64,000 bases of DNA. Origin: Neisseria sp. (lineage in GTDB: Bacteria; Pseudomonadota; Gammaproteobacteria; Burkholderiales; Neisseriaceae). Where the stretch lies: contig NZ_JAUNHL010000006.1 in assembly GCF_030523955.1 (NCBI RefSeq), positions 1,833 through 65,832 on the forward strand, written 5' to 3'. A program made the translations under genes and the position numbers. The notes under the pieces were generated by a model. It searched no databases. It saw only the letters and a list, made by a program, of their open reading frames with translations, and was not told where the DNA came from. Below, in pieces: positions 27,839 to 38,125 of this stretch. Positions within the stretch are counted from its first letter, which is position 1. Each line of letters begins with the position of its first letter.

Positions 27839-29167
27839 ATGTCAGATTCTGTTCAACTGCGTAACAACCCCTATAAGGTTGCGGTGGCTTCCATGATCGG
27901 CACCGCCATTGAATTCTACGATTATTATATTTACGCCGCTGCGGCGGTATTGGTGTTTAACACTCAGTTTTTCGATAAAAGCGATCCCGGTGCTGCTACG
28001 TTGCTGTCGCTCTCCACGCTGGCGTTGGCTTTTTTTGCCCGCCCGATCGGTTCGGCCGTGTTCGGCCATTTCGGCGACAAAATCGGTCGTAAGAAAACAC
28101 TGGTCGCCTCTTTGCTGACCATGGGTTTGTCGACGGTTGCCATCGGCCTGCTGCCTACTTATGAAAGCATCGGATTGTGGGCGCCGCTGTTGTTGTGCAT
28201 CTGCCGTATCGGGCAAGGACTGGGCTTAGGCGGCGAATGGGGCGGTGCGGCACTGGTAGCAACGGAAAACGCACCGGAAGGCAAGCGCGCTTGGTTCGGT
28301 ACTTTTCCGCAGTTGGGTGCCCCCATCGGCTTGTTTCTGGCCAACGGCATATTCTTTGCCATCAGTTGGCTGATCGGGCCGGAAGCATTGGTGGAATGGG
28401 GCTGGCGGATTCCGTTTGTCCTATCGCTGGTTTTGGTGGTAGTCGGCCTGTGGATGCGGCTGACCCTGCATGAAAGCCATGTCTATCGTGAGGCAGAAGC
28501 AGAAGGCAAAACAGTCAAAGCGCCGGTGCAAACCGTTTTGTTGCGGCATTGGAAACCGATCGTACAGGGCACCTTCATCATGGTGGCAACTTATGTCTTG
28601 TTCTACATCATGACTGCTTTCGTGCAGGTTTATTCGAAAGGAAAGCCGGTATTGTCGGATGCAGGGTTCCCGCTGGGGCTGGGTATTCCGGCCAATACTT
28701 TTACCGGCTTTTTGCTGATCGGTGCGGTAGTGTTCGGTATTTTTACCAGCATTTCCGGCGTGTTAGCCGATAAAATCGGCCGTCGCCGCCTGTTGTTGGT
28801 GGTAACCGCCGGAATTATTCTGTTGGGGCTGACCCTGCCAGCCTTCCTGCACCACGGTACACCGGCCAGTGTGTTGGCGTTTCTGATTGTCGGCATGGCG
28901 CTGATGGGCATGACGTTCGGCCCGATGGCTGCTTTCCTGCCGGAATTGTTTCCTACTGAAGTACGTTATTCCGGAGCGTCGCTGGCCTACAATTTCGCTG
29001 CCATTGTCGGTGCGTCTGTCGCTACCATGGTCGCCATTGAGTTGAATAAGGCCTATGGCCTGATGGGTGTGGGCATTTATTTGGCGGTAAACGGCTTGCT
29101 GACCATCATCGCTCTGTTGTTGACGCACGAAACCAAAGACGTCGATTTGTTGGCGGTAAAGGAATAA
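27839..29167 (+). CDS. MFS transporter, metabolite:H+ symporter family (ProP/ShiA/KgtP-like)
   Basis: 442 aa, 12 TM. The N-terminal motif AVASMIGTAIEFYDYYIY and the loop GHFGDKIGRKK are typical of the MHS family. Confidence 0.75.
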   Translation: MSDSVQLRNNPYKVAVASMIGTAIEFYDYYIYAAAAVLVFNTQFFDKSDPGAATLLSLSTLALAFFARPIGSAVFGHFGDKIGRKKTLVASLLTMGLSTVAIGLLPTYESIGLWAPLLLCICRIGQGLGLGGEWGGAALVATENAPEGKRAWFGTFPQLGAPIGLFLANGIFFAISWLIGPEALVEWGWRIPFVLSLVLVVVGLWMRLTLHESHVYREAEAEGKTVKAPVQTVLLRHWKPIVQGTFIMVATYVLFYIMTAFVQVYSKGKPVLSDAGFPLGLGIPANTFTGFLLIGAVVFGIFTSISGVLADKIGRRRLLLVVTAGIILLGLTLPAFLHHGTPASVLAFLIVGMALMGMTFGPMAAFLPELFPTEVRYSGASLAYNFAAIVGASVATMVAIELNKAYGLMGVGIYLAVNGLLTIIALLLTHETKDVDLLAVKE

Positions 29168-29185
29168 TGAAGGCGGATTGAAGAA

Positions 29186-29216
29186 ATGCCTGTCTGAAAA
29201 TATTTTCAGACAGGCA
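29186..29216. repeat. DUS inverted pair hairpin
   Basis: atgcctgtctgaaaa ta ttttcagacaggcat. Confidence 0.7.
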
Positions 29217-29269
29217 TTTTATTTTTTACAGGGCAAACCGGCCGGATGATGTGGAACGGCACTTTAAAA

Positions 29270-29420
29270 ATAGCGGATTAAACGAACTTTCGCTACGGTT
29301 CTGCTACCCCTCGTTCCAAGAGAAAGATTTTATCAGCCGCTAAAGCAACAATAGAATCGGTATCGTATTGCTTGTTGTACTGTCTGCGGCTTGTTGCTTT
29401 CTATCGAAACGGTATTATCC
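29270..29420. mobile_element. Degenerate Correia-like element
   Basis: The left TIR atagcggattaa is intact and the core ...ttgtactgtctgcggcttgttgctttctatcgaaa is homologous; the right TIR is decayed. Confidence 0.5.
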
Positions 29421-29459
29421 ATTGCAGCGGGCAAACAAATTTTGCCCTAACCGCGCCAA

Positions 29460-29762
29460 TCAGGCTTTGCTTTTGCGCCACTCAAAATAATCGCGCAAAG
29501 GCGGCATGGGCGGATTGATACAATGCGGGCATACGCCGGTAATATCTTCATCGTCGTCTTCGATGTGCAATGCGTTCGGATCAAATTTAGCCTGCTGCAT
29601 CACCGCTTGTACCAAAGCCTGCTGTTGTACCACATCAAATTCAAACTGCTGTAAAATTTCCTGCAATAGGGCCGTTTCTTGTGGGCTGAAATCGCTACTG
29701 TGCCGGCCGATTAGGCGGGCGTAATCGGCGTTGTGGATTTTTTGGTTTAACAAATCAAACAT
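29460..29762 (-). CDS. Hypothetical small acidic protein with a single C-terminal CPHC
   Basis: 100 aa from the internal ATG MFDLLNQKIHNADYARLIG... The longer ORF-track version runs antisense across tRNA-Leu and is rejected. No clear SD, so the start is uncertain. Confidence 0.35.
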   Translation of the reverse strand: MFDLLNQKIHNADYARLIGRHSSDFSPQETALLQEILQQFEFDVVQQQALVQAVMQQAKFDPNALHIEDDDEDITGVCPHCINPPMPPLRDYFEWRKSKA

Positions 29763-29840
29763 GGTAAACAGCTTTACGCAGGCAAATGGAAAAGAAAAAT
29801 AACAAAAACCGGCTTTGAAGCAAGCCGGTTTTCGGAAATT

Positions 29841-29927
29841 TGGTGCCCAGAAGAAGACTCGAACTTCCACACCCGTGAGGATACTAGCACCTGAAGCTAG
29901 CGCGTCTACCAATTCCGCCATCTGGGC
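29841..29927 (-). tRNA. tRNA-Leu(CAG), type II with a long variable arm and encoded CCA
   Basis: The reverse complement gcccagatggcggaattggtagacgcgctagcttcaggtgctagt...gggcacca is collinear with E. coli tRNA-Leu(CAG). The anticodon loop is uuCAGgu. Confidence 0.9.
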
Positions 29928-29966
29928 AAAATATTAAATCAGCCAGTATATTTGACTTCAGCAAAG

Positions 29967-30053
29967 TGGTGCCCAGGAGAAGACTCGAACTTCCACACCC
30001 GTGAGGATACTAGCACCTGAAGCTAGCGCGTCTACCAATTCCGCCACCTGGGC
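29967..30053 (-). tRNA. tRNA-Leu(CAG), second tandem copy
   Basis: Same body as the first copy; the acceptor stem differs by a compensatory A-U to G-C pair (GCCCAGG / CCUGGGC). Confidence 0.9.
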
Positions 30054-30135
30054 TTTGCTTTAATTTTCGGTTTGGGTTAAAGTGCTGACTTACTTAACCT
30101 TAACGAAGTTGTGCATTATATATCCTAGGACATGG

Positions 30136-32616
30136 ATGTCAATCGTTGAAATGAAAAAAAATACTAATACTTTAAATCTTCGGGAAAAAGATCCCTTTCT
30201 CGCGCGCGAGCAACAGCGCTATGACCAACCTCTGCCCAGCCGCGAATGGATTATCAGCGTACTGGAAGACAGCGGCGTACCGGTGAAAATACCGGATTTG
30301 GCCGGAAAACTATCGATTACCGAGGCCGAATATGAGTTTTTCGAACGCCGCATCAAAGCGATGGCGCGCGACGGCCAGGTATTGATTAACCGCCGCGGTG
30401 CGGTTTGTGTCGCCGATAAACTGGAATTGGTGAAATGCCGAATCGAAGCGCATAAAGACGGTTTCGGTTTTGCCGTGCCGCTGATTCCGACCGGACAGGG
30501 TGATTTTGTTTTGTACGAACGCCAGATGCGCGGGCTGATGCACGGCGATATCGTTACCGTACGCCCCGCAGGTGTGGATAGACGCGGCCGTCGCGAAGGT
30601 CAGGTGCTCGACATCATCGAACGGGCCAACACCGATGTGGTCGGACGGTTTTATGTCGAACGCGGCGTTGCCATTATGGAGCCGGAAGACAAGCGGTTGA
30701 CGCAGCCGATTCTGTTGGAGCCCGATTCGGTAGCGGAACTACAGCCGAAAACCGGCCAGGTTATCATGGCGGTGATTGAAAGTTATCCTGAAAACCATCA
30801 TCCGGCGGTGGCCAAACTCACTGAAGTGCTGGGTGATTATGCCGACAGTGGTATGGAAATCGAAATTGCGGTACGCAAACACCACTTGCCTTATCTATTC
30901 AGTGATGCTTGTCTGAAATCCGCCGAGAAAATTCCCGATAAAGTACGTGCTGCCGACCGTAAAGGCCGCGAAGATTTGCGCGAATTGCCTTTGGTAACCA
31001 TAGACGGCGAAACCGCCCGCGATTTTGATGATGCGGTGTATGCAGAAAAAATCGGTCGAAATTTCCGCTTGGTGGTGGCGATTGCCGATGTCAGCCATTA
31101 TGTGCGCCCCGGTGATGCCATTGATCACGATGCCTACGAGCGCGCCACCAGCGTATATTTTCCGCGCCGGGTGATTCCGATGCTGCCGGAGAATTTGTCC
31201 AACGGCATTTGTTCGCTCAATCCAGAAGTCGAGCGCTTGTGCATGGTATGCGATATGGAAATCACCTATGCTGGTAATGTAAAAGACTACCGATTCTATC
31301 CGGCGGTGATGAAATCACATGCACGCCTTACCTACAATCAAGTTTGGGAATGGTTGGAACAAAGCGGCAATCATCCGTTTAAAAAAGAATTGGGCGCGCT
31401 TTACCAATTGTTTGGCGTGTTGCAGAAAAAACGGCGGATACGCGGGGCGATGGAGTTCGAAACCGTCGAAACCCAGATGATTTTTGATGACAACGGCAAA
31501 ATCGAACGCATTGTGCCGGTGGTGCGCAATGATGCGCATAAGCTGATTGAAGAATGCATGTTGGCAGCCAATGTGTGTGCGGCGGATTTCTTATTGAAAA
31601 ACAAACACGGTGCACTTTACCGTAATCACTTAGGCCCGACGCCCGAGAAGTTGAGCACTTTACGCGAACAACTCGGTCGGCTGGGACTTTCTTTGGGCGG
31701 CGGTGATAAACCTACGCCGAAAGACTATGCCGAACTTGCGGCCAAAATCAAAGACCGTGAAGATCAGGAATTGCTGCAAACCATGCTGCTGCGCTCGATG
31801 CAGCAGGCTATGTACGAAGCGCATAACGAAGGCCACTTCGGCCTGGCTTACGAGCATTACGCCCACTTTACTTCGCCCATTCGCCGCTATCCCGATTTAA
31901 TGGTGCACCGTGCGATTAAGGCGGTATTGTTGCAGCAGAAATACCAACCGCAATCCTGGGCGCAAGCCGGCGCACACACTTCATTTGCCGAGCGGCGGGC
32001 GGATGATGCCAGCCGCGATGTGGAAAATTGGCTGAAAACCTATTATATGCAGGATAAGATAGGCGAAGTATTCGGTGGCAAGGTTACCGGCATGACTAAT
32101 TTCGGTTTGTTTGTTACCCTTGACGATATCCATATCGAAGGTTTGGTACACATCAGTGATTTGGGTGAAGATTATTTCAATTATCTGCCGGAAATTATGG
32201 CGATAGAAGGTGAGCGCAGCGGCGTGCGTTTCAGCATGGGCGAGCGTGTCACGGTAAAGGTTGCCCGTGCCGATTTGGATACCAGCAAAATTGATTTGGT
32301 ATTGGTTAGCGGCGGTACTGTCGGTAAAAAAGGTCGCAAAGCCTCTCGCAAAAGCAGCGTTGCTGAAGCAGAGACAATTAAGTCTACAAGCAAAAAAGCC
32401 AAAGCTAAGGCGCAAACTGCATCACAAAGCAGCAAAGAAACCGGTAAAAGTGCAAGCCAACCGGCAGGCAAAGGCGGTCGCAACAAGCAAACTACTGCGT
32501 CGACAGTTCAGCAACAAAGTCTGCAAATGGTGGATGGCAAAATTACTTTGGTGAAAAAGAAGAGTGCAGAAAACGGCAGCCGGAAAGCGGCAAAAAGCCG
32601 CGGCAAACGTAAATAA
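30136..32616 (+). CDS. rnr: Ribonuclease R (RNB exoribonuclease with cold-shock and S1 domains and a lysine-rich tail)
   Basis: The N-terminus DPFLAREQQRYDQPLPSREWII matches the E. coli RNase R start. The C-terminal tail is KKGRKASRKSS...KSRGKRK. Start is 30136 or 30151. Confidence 0.85.
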   Translation: MSIVEMKKNTNTLNLREKDPFLAREQQRYDQPLPSREWIISVLEDSGVPVKIPDLAGKLSITEAEYEFFERRIKAMARDGQVLINRRGAVCVADKLELVKCRIEAHKDGFGFAVPLIPTGQGDFVLYERQMRGLMHGDIVTVRPAGVDRRGRREGQVLDIIERANTDVVGRFYVERGVAIMEPEDKRLTQPILLEPDSVAELQPKTGQVIMAVIESYPENHHPAVAKLTEVLGDYADSGMEIEIAVRKHHLPYLFSDACLKSAEKIPDKVRAADRKGREDLRELPLVTIDGETARDFDDAVYAEKIGRNFRLVVAIADVSHYVRPGDAIDHDAYERATSVYFPRRVIPMLPENLSNGICSLNPEVERLCMVCDMEITYAGNVKDYRFYPAVMKSHARLTYNQVWEWLEQSGNHPFKKELGALYQLFGVLQKKRRIRGAMEFETVETQMIFDDNGKIERIVPVVRNDAHKLIEECMLAANVCAADFLLKNKHGALYRNHLGPTPEKLSTLREQLGRLGLSLGGGDKPTPKDYAELAAKIKDREDQELLQTMLLRSMQQAMYEAHNEGHFGLAYEHYAHFTSPIRRYPDLMVHRAIKAVLLQQKYQPQSWAQAGAHTSFAERRADDASRDVENWLKTYYMQDKIGEVFGGKVTGMTNFGLFVTLDDIHIEGLVHISDLGEDYFNYLPEIMAIEGERSGVRFSMGERVTVKVARADLDTSKIDLVLVSGGTVGKKGRKASRKSSVAEAETIKSTSKKAKAKAQTASQSSKETGKSASQPAGKGGRNKQTTASTVQQQSLQMVDGKITLVKKKSAENGSRKAAKSRGKRK

Positions 32617-32761
32617 ATAAAGTCGTAATGAATAAATAACCCGATCCGCTATGAGGTTCGGGTTGTTTTTTTGAGGAAGACTGTTTGCAGCTGGCTGCCT
32701 TGTATCGAAAATAAATTGAATCCGCTATATAACTATAAGATTGGAGTTTATTTAAAGATTA

Positions 32762-32804
32762 ATGCCTGTCTGAAAACTTATAAAAGTAGTTTTCAGACAG
32801 GCAT
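32762..32804. repeat. DUS inverted pair hairpin; a Correia right-end fragment lies just upstream at 32681-32730
   Basis: atgcctgtctgaaaa ... ttttcagacaggcat; and ...ctgccttgtatcgaaaataaattgaatccgctatata. Confidence 0.65.
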
Positions 32805-32819
32805 TTGTTCTGCTTTGCA

Positions 32820-33638
32820 TTAAAAACGCCGCTTCAATTGGCAAGCCTGCATAATGTTTACTGCCAACTCTTCCACCGACTGATTGGTGGTATTGGCAAA
32901 CGGAATATTGTGGCGGCGGAACATGGCCATCGCATCGGCGACTTCGTTTTTACAAGTCGAGAGTTTGGAATAAGTGGAATCCGGGCGGCGCTCTTGGCGG
33001 ATTTCCTGCAAACGCTCGGGTTGGATGGTGAGGCCATAGAGTTTTTGGCGGTAAGGTTTCACCATGCGCGGCAAGTCGGTGGATTCCAAATCGTCGGGCG
33101 TCAGCGGATAATTGGCCGCGCGGATGCCGTATTGCAGTGCCAGATACAGGCAAGTGGGTGTTTTGCCGCTGCGCGAAACGCCCATGAGGATTACATCGGC
33201 ATTCTTTAAATCTTTATCGCTGATACCGTCATCATGATTGAGCGAAAAGTTGACCGCGTCAATGCGCGCTTCATAGCGTTGCATATCGGCGATGCTGTGG
33301 TGTTTGCCTACCGAATTTCGTGCAGGTACGCCAAGCTCGGTTTCTAACTGGTTCAAAAAAGCGTCAAAGAAGCTCAGATGCAAGCCGGAGCTGCTTTTTA
33401 CGATTTCACGGATTTGCGGATCGATGATACTGCTGAATACCAGCGGCCGGGCGGCAGACTGCTCGGCCGTGCTTTCTATGATATGCACCATTACCCGTGC
33501 CTTTTCCACGGTATCGACAAAAGGGTAAGTGGTACGCTTGAATTGAATGCCTTCGAATTGTTCAAGCAAGGCTTCGCCCATGCTCTCGGAAGTTAAGCCG
33601 GTACGGTCGGAAATGAAAAAAGCGTGGCGGCGCGCCAT
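32820..33638 (-). CDS. ppsR: PEP synthase regulatory protein (bifunctional kinase/pyrophosphorylase, DUF299)
   Basis: 272 aa from MARRHAFFISDRTGLT, with P-loop GVSRSGKTP; it is divergent from ppsA, the conserved synteny. Confidence 0.8.
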   Translation of the reverse strand: MARRHAFFISDRTGLTSESMGEALLEQFEGIQFKRTTYPFVDTVEKARVMVHIIESTAEQSAARPLVFSSIIDPQIREIVKSSSGLHLSFFDAFLNQLETELGVPARNSVGKHHSIADMQRYEARIDAVNFSLNHDDGISDKDLKNADVILMGVSRSGKTPTCLYLALQYGIRAANYPLTPDDLESTDLPRMVKPYRQKLYGLTIQPERLQEIRQERRPDSTYSKLSTCKNEVADAMAMFRRHNIPFANTTNQSVEELAVNIMQACQLKRRF

Positions 33639-34076
33639 AGGTTCCTCACTCTTCTTACTAAATGGATGTAAATGGTTAAAACCCGTATCATAACCAAGGG
33701 CGACGGCGAGAGAAAGCGCTTTACTCAAAAAGGTTTTTTATTGCTACATATGGTTACAGTTATTTTTATGGTTTTTAAAATAAGAATAATGTTTTAATAT
33801 TTTATTATTATTGATATAATATTTTAATAAATAAGAGAAATGTTACACGCCAAAATTAAAGTTTGGCTTGTGATAACTCTTATTTTACAAAGACTAACGA
33901 AATCATTCCGGTTGTTTGAAGTAATATTTCATATTACTACAATCGCTAAAGCCGCAATTTTAAGTATCGCTTTTTACACCAAAACGGTTTAAAAATACAT
34001 GACATACTGCGGTGGTCTGGTTAGAATGGGTGTTCGAGATTTACCTTTTATTCAACTTTGAAACTTGGATGGAACA

Positions 34077-36476
34077 ATGTCTGCAAATTACGTTATCTGG
34101 TTTGAAAATCTGCGTATGACCGATGTTGAAAGCGTCGGCGGCAAAAATGCTTCTCTGGGTGAGATGATCAGCCAACTGTCTGAGAAGGGAGTGAGAGTGC
34201 CGGGCGGTTTTGCCACTACGGCCGAAGCCTATCGCGCATTTTTGGCGCATAACGGCCTGAGCGAACGCATTTCTGCTGCATTGGCTGCTCTGGATGTCGA
34301 TGATGTGGTCGAGTTGGCGCGTGTCGGAAAAGAAATCCGCCAATGGATTTTGGATACGCCATTTCCTGAGCAGTTGGATAATGAAATTGCCGCAGCTTGG
34401 GAAAAAATGGTGGCTGATGCCGGTACCGACCAAATTTCCGTAGCCGTGCGCTCTTCCGCTACCGCTGAAGATTTGCCGGATGCCTCGTTTGCCGGCCAGC
34501 AGGAGACATTCCTCAATATCAATGGCTTGGAAAACGTAAAAGAAGCAATGAAACACGTTTTCGCATCGCTCTATAATGACCGCGCTATTTCTTACCGCGT
34601 ACACAAAGGCTTTGCCCATGATATCGTGGCCCTGTCTGCAGGCGTGCAGCGCATGGTGCGTTCGGATAGCGGTGCTTCCGGCGTATTGTTCACTATCGAT
34701 ACCGAGTCGGGTTTTGAAGATGTGGTATTCGTAACCGCATCTTACGGTTTGGGTGAAACAGTAGTGCAAGGTGCTGTGAACCCCGACGAATTTTACGTGC
34801 ACAAACCGACCCTGAAAGCAGGCAAACCGGCTATTCTGCGTAAAACCATGGGCTCTAAGCTGATTAAAATGACTTTTACCGATAAAGCGGAAGCAGGCAA
34901 ATCGGTACAAGTGGTAGATGTACCTGCCGATGAGCGTAAAAGATTCTCTATTTCCGATGAGGAAATCACCGAATTGGCTAAATATGCGCTAATCATTGAA
35001 GAGCACTATGGCCGCCCGATGGATGTAGAGTGGGGCCGCGATGGTGTAGACGGCAAGCTTTATATTTTACAGGCGCGTCCGGAAACCGTGAAATCCCAAG
35101 AGAACGGTAGCCGTGTATTGCGTCGCTACAGTATTGAAAATAAAGGTGAGGTTCTGGTTGAAGGCCGTGCAATCGGTCAGAAAGTCGGCCAAGGTAAAGT
35201 TCGCTTGGTGAAAAGCGCTGCGGAAATGGATGTGGTGGAAGCAGGCGATATTTTGGTTACCGATATGACCGACCCCGATTGGGAGCCGGTAATGAAACGT
35301 GCAGCAGCTATCGTGACCAACCGAGGTGGCCGTACCTGCCATGCCGCGATTATTGCGCGCGAGTTGGGCATTCCGGCAGTGGTCGGTTGCGGTAATGCCT
35401 CCGAAGTGTTACAGCAAGGCCAGGAAGTAACCGTGTCTTGTGCGGAAGGTGATACCGGTTTTATTTATAACGGTCTGGCCGATGTACAAGTTAATGAGGT
35501 GGCGCTCGATAATATGCCGCCGTCTCCGACTAAGATCATGATGAACGTAGGTAACCCCGAGTTGGCGTTTTCTTTCTCCGGTTTGCCGAGCGACGGTATC
35601 GGCTTGGCACGTATGGAGTTCATCATTAACCGCCAAATCGGCATTCACCCGAAAGCTCTGTTGGAGTTCGATGATCAGGATGAGGATATCAAAGAAGAAA
35701 TCCAAGATCGTATCTCAGGCTATGCTTCACCGGTGGATTTCTATGTAGACAAGATTGCAGAGGGTGTGGCTACATTGGCTGCCTCGGTTTATCCGCGCAA
35801 AGTTATCGTGCGCATGTCCGACTTCAAATCCAACGAGTATGCCGGTTTGGTTGGCGGCAGCCGTTACGAACCGCATGAAGAAAACCCGATGTTGGGCTTC
35901 CGTGGTGCCGCACGTTATGTATCCGACGATTTCAAAGAGTGTTTTGCGCTGGAATGCAAGGCTTTGAAATATGTGCGTGATGACATGGGTTTGACCAATG
36001 TGGAAATCATGATTCCGTTTGTGCGTACCCTGTCTGAAGCAGAGCAAGTCATTAAAGCTTTGAAAGAAAATGGCTTGGAGCGCGGTAAAAACGGTTTGCG
36101 CCTGATTATGATGTGTGAGGTACCGAGCAATGCATTGCTGGCCGAACAATTCCTGCAATATTTCGACGGCTTCTCTATTGGTTCTAATGATATGACCCAA
36201 TTAACCTTGGGTGTGGACCGTGACAGCGGCGGCCCGATTGCAGCGACCTTCGATGAACGCAATGCGGCGGTAAAAGTGATGCTGCACTTGGCGATTTCAG
36301 CTTGTCGTAAGCATAACAAATATGTTGGTATTTGTGGTCAAGGCCCGTCTGATCATCCTGATTTCGCCAAATGGCTGGTGGAAGAAGAGATCGGCAGCTT
36401 GTCACTCAACCCTGATACGGTGATTGAAACTTGGTTGTATTTGGCCAATGAATTGAAAAATCAGAAGGCTAGCTGA
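34077..36476 (+). CDS. ppsA: Phosphoenolpyruvate synthase
   Basis: 799 aa. The N-terminus [25 protein letters not shown] matches PpsA, and the catalytic His region [21 protein letters not shown] is present. Confidence 0.9.
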   Translation: MSANYVIWFENLRMTDVESVGGKNASLGEMISQLSEKGVRVPGGFATTAEAYRAFLAHNGLSERISAALAALDVDDVVELARVGKEIRQWILDTPFPEQLDNEIAAAWEKMVADAGTDQISVAVRSSATAEDLPDASFAGQQETFLNINGLENVKEAMKHVFASLYNDRAISYRVHKGFAHDIVALSAGVQRMVRSDSGASGVLFTIDTESGFEDVVFVTASYGLGETVVQGAVNPDEFYVHKPTLKAGKPAILRKTMGSKLIKMTFTDKAEAGKSVQVVDVPADERKRFSISDEEITELAKYALIIEEHYGRPMDVEWGRDGVDGKLYILQARPETVKSQENGSRVLRRYSIENKGEVLVEGRAIGQKVGQGKVRLVKSAAEMDVVEAGDILVTDMTDPDWEPVMKRAAAIVTNRGGRTCHAAIIARELGIPAVVGCGNASEVLQQGQEVTVSCAEGDTGFIYNGLADVQVNEVALDNMPPSPTKIMMNVGNPELAFSFSGLPSDGIGLARMEFIINRQIGIHPKALLEFDDQDEDIKEEIQDRISGYASPVDFYVDKIAEGVATLAASVYPRKVIVRMSDFKSNEYAGLVGGSRYEPHEENPMLGFRGAARYVSDDFKECFALECKALKYVRDDMGLTNVEIMIPFVRTLSEAEQVIKALKENGLERGKNGLRLIMMCEVPSNALLAEQFLQYFDGFSIGSNDMTQLTLGVDRDSGGPIAATFDERNAAVKVMLHLAISACRKHNKYVGICGQGPSDHPDFAKWLVEEEIGSLSLNPDTVIETWLYLANELKNQKAS

Positions 36477-36575
36477 TAAATACAACGAGATGAACTGAAA
36501 GAAACCGCTGCTGTTCACACGGCAGCGGTTTTATTTTTTATAGATTTACGATTCATACTATAGGGGGAATACTAA

Positions 36576-36611
36576 ATGCCTGTCTGAAAAAATATTATTT
36601 CAGACAGGCAT
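36576..36611. repeat. DUS inverted pair hairpin
   Basis: atgcctgtctgaaaaaatattatttcagacaggcat. Confidence 0.7.
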
Positions 36612-36667
36612 TTATGCATTGATATGGATTGTTTAGCCGCTTTTACAGGCGATTTAACTCATCCATT

Positions 36668-37618
36668 TTAAGAGCGGCGTTGCTGGTTTACCCAAGATTC
36701 AATCTGGCGCGCATCATTCACGCGGGTAGAAGAAGAGGGGGAGTTAAGCAGAACGATGGTAATGGGTTGATTGTTAATACGTGCTTTAACCACCATAGAA
36801 CGGCCGGATTCACGGATATAGCCGGTTTTTTGCAAGTCAATGTTCCAAGAGCCCTCGCGCACTAAGGCATTGGAATTTTTATAACTTTGCTGACGCCCCG
36901 AACTTGTGTAGACCGAGCCAAAATTGGAAACGCTGTCCCGGCGGATGACAGGATAGTCACTGGCTGCGCTGACCAATTTACCCAAATCGCTGGCGGTAGA
37001 AACATTACGCGAATCCAAGCCGGTCGGCTCATAGAAACGGGTGTTGTTCATGCCAAGAGATGCAGCTTTTGCATTCATGGCCGATACAAAAGCGCTCATA
37101 CCGCCGGGATAGGTACGACCGAGCGCATGAATCGCACGGTTTTCGCTGCTCATCAAACCAAGATGCAGCAATTCTCGGCGGGTCAGCGTGGTGCCGATGG
37201 ATAAACGGCTACCGGTACCTTTGAGGCGGTCGATCTCGTATTCGGTAATGGTTACTGGTTCGTTCATATTTTGTTTGCCGTCCAGTACTACCATAGCAGC
37301 CATGAGCTTGGAAATCGAAGCAATGGGCATCACACGATTAATATTTTTCTGGTAAAGGATCTCGCCTGTTCTGTTGTTCATAATCAAAGCGGCTTGAGAA
37401 GAGAGCAAGGGGCCGGCGATGGCAGCTTGTTCACTGATTTGGGCGTTGGGGTTTTCAACCAGAAACGCGCCCAGAGGATCTTTTTCATCAGGGAAATTTT
37501 GTTGCAAAAACTGACCCAACACGTCTAAATCATCGGCAGCAGCCGGTGCGGCACTAATGGCTAACATCAAGCCCACGCCTAGGGTGGCAGCAGTTTTATT
37601 GATACGGGAAATAAACAT
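36668..37618 (-). CDS. pbpG: D-alanyl-D-alanine endopeptidase/carboxypeptidase (PBP7-like low-MW PBP)
   Basis: 316 aa from MFISRINK, with a signal peptide and the SISKLM (SxxK), SENR (SxN) and KTG motifs. Confidence 0.75.
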   Translation of the reverse strand: MFISRINKTAATLGVGLMLAISAAPAAADDLDVLGQFLQQNFPDEKDPLGAFLVENPNAQISEQAAIAGPLLSSQAALIMNNRTGEILYQKNINRVMPIASISKLMAAMVVLDGKQNMNEPVTITEYEIDRLKGTGSRLSIGTTLTRRELLHLGLMSSENRAIHALGRTYPGGMSAFVSAMNAKAASLGMNNTRFYEPTGLDSRNVSTASDLGKLVSAASDYPVIRRDSVSNFGSVYTSSGRQQSYKNSNALVREGSWNIDLQKTGYIRESGRSMVVKARINNQPITIVLLNSPSSSTRVNDARQIESWVNQQRRS

Positions 37619-37969
37619 AATTCTCTTCCGGATTAATAGCTTAATCAAAGAAAGTCCAAAACCTGAACGGTTTGGATACAACTATACCGTTATTAGGATT
37701 GGATAAGGCTCGTTATTCGGTAGAAGGTTGCTTGGGAATTGATATATCAAGAACAACCGCCATATTTTATGATAACCGGCTCCGAGCTTGGCATTGAAGA
37801 ATTTACATTGCCGATCGAATCATATTTCTATTTATTCAGGCGGCAACAGCTGGTTAGGGCGTATTTTTAAACAAACGAAAGGACTCTGTAAAGTCTTAAA
37901 TGCATATCTTTTCATTTACTTTCATGGCTTTGCCCTGAATGTAGCATAAAAAGAGCTTAAGGTGTGAGT

Positions 37970-37998
37970 TTGAAAAAATGCGTGATACTCTTTATACT
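37970..37998 (+). promoter_or_regulatory. Candidate sigma70 promoter of clpX (TTGAAA-17-TATACT)
   Basis: Hexamers read directly, about 130 bp upstream of the clpX start. Confidence 0.4.
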
Positions 37999-38125
37999 TA
38001 GTTTTTTCCGGCCGAGCGTTATGTTTATAAATAGTAGATTTTCAATTTCAATCTTCTCACATTTATTCTATTCCGGCACACCGGATTTATTCTAACCATT
38101 ATTTTATTAGCGGACCTGATTCAGC

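Noticed and set aside
29763-29921. N-terminal 53 codons of ORF 29460..29921 (MAELVDALASGASILTGVEVRVFFWAPN...)
   Set aside because: This segment is the reverse-complement reading of tRNA-Leu(CAG), not protein-coding.
33639-34076. 438-bp AT-rich ppsR–ppsA intergenic region as a possible sRNA or sORF locus
   Set aside because: No ORF with an RBS and no convincing promoter-plus-terminator pair was found. It is most simply the divergent promoter region of a conserved ppsR/ppsA pair.
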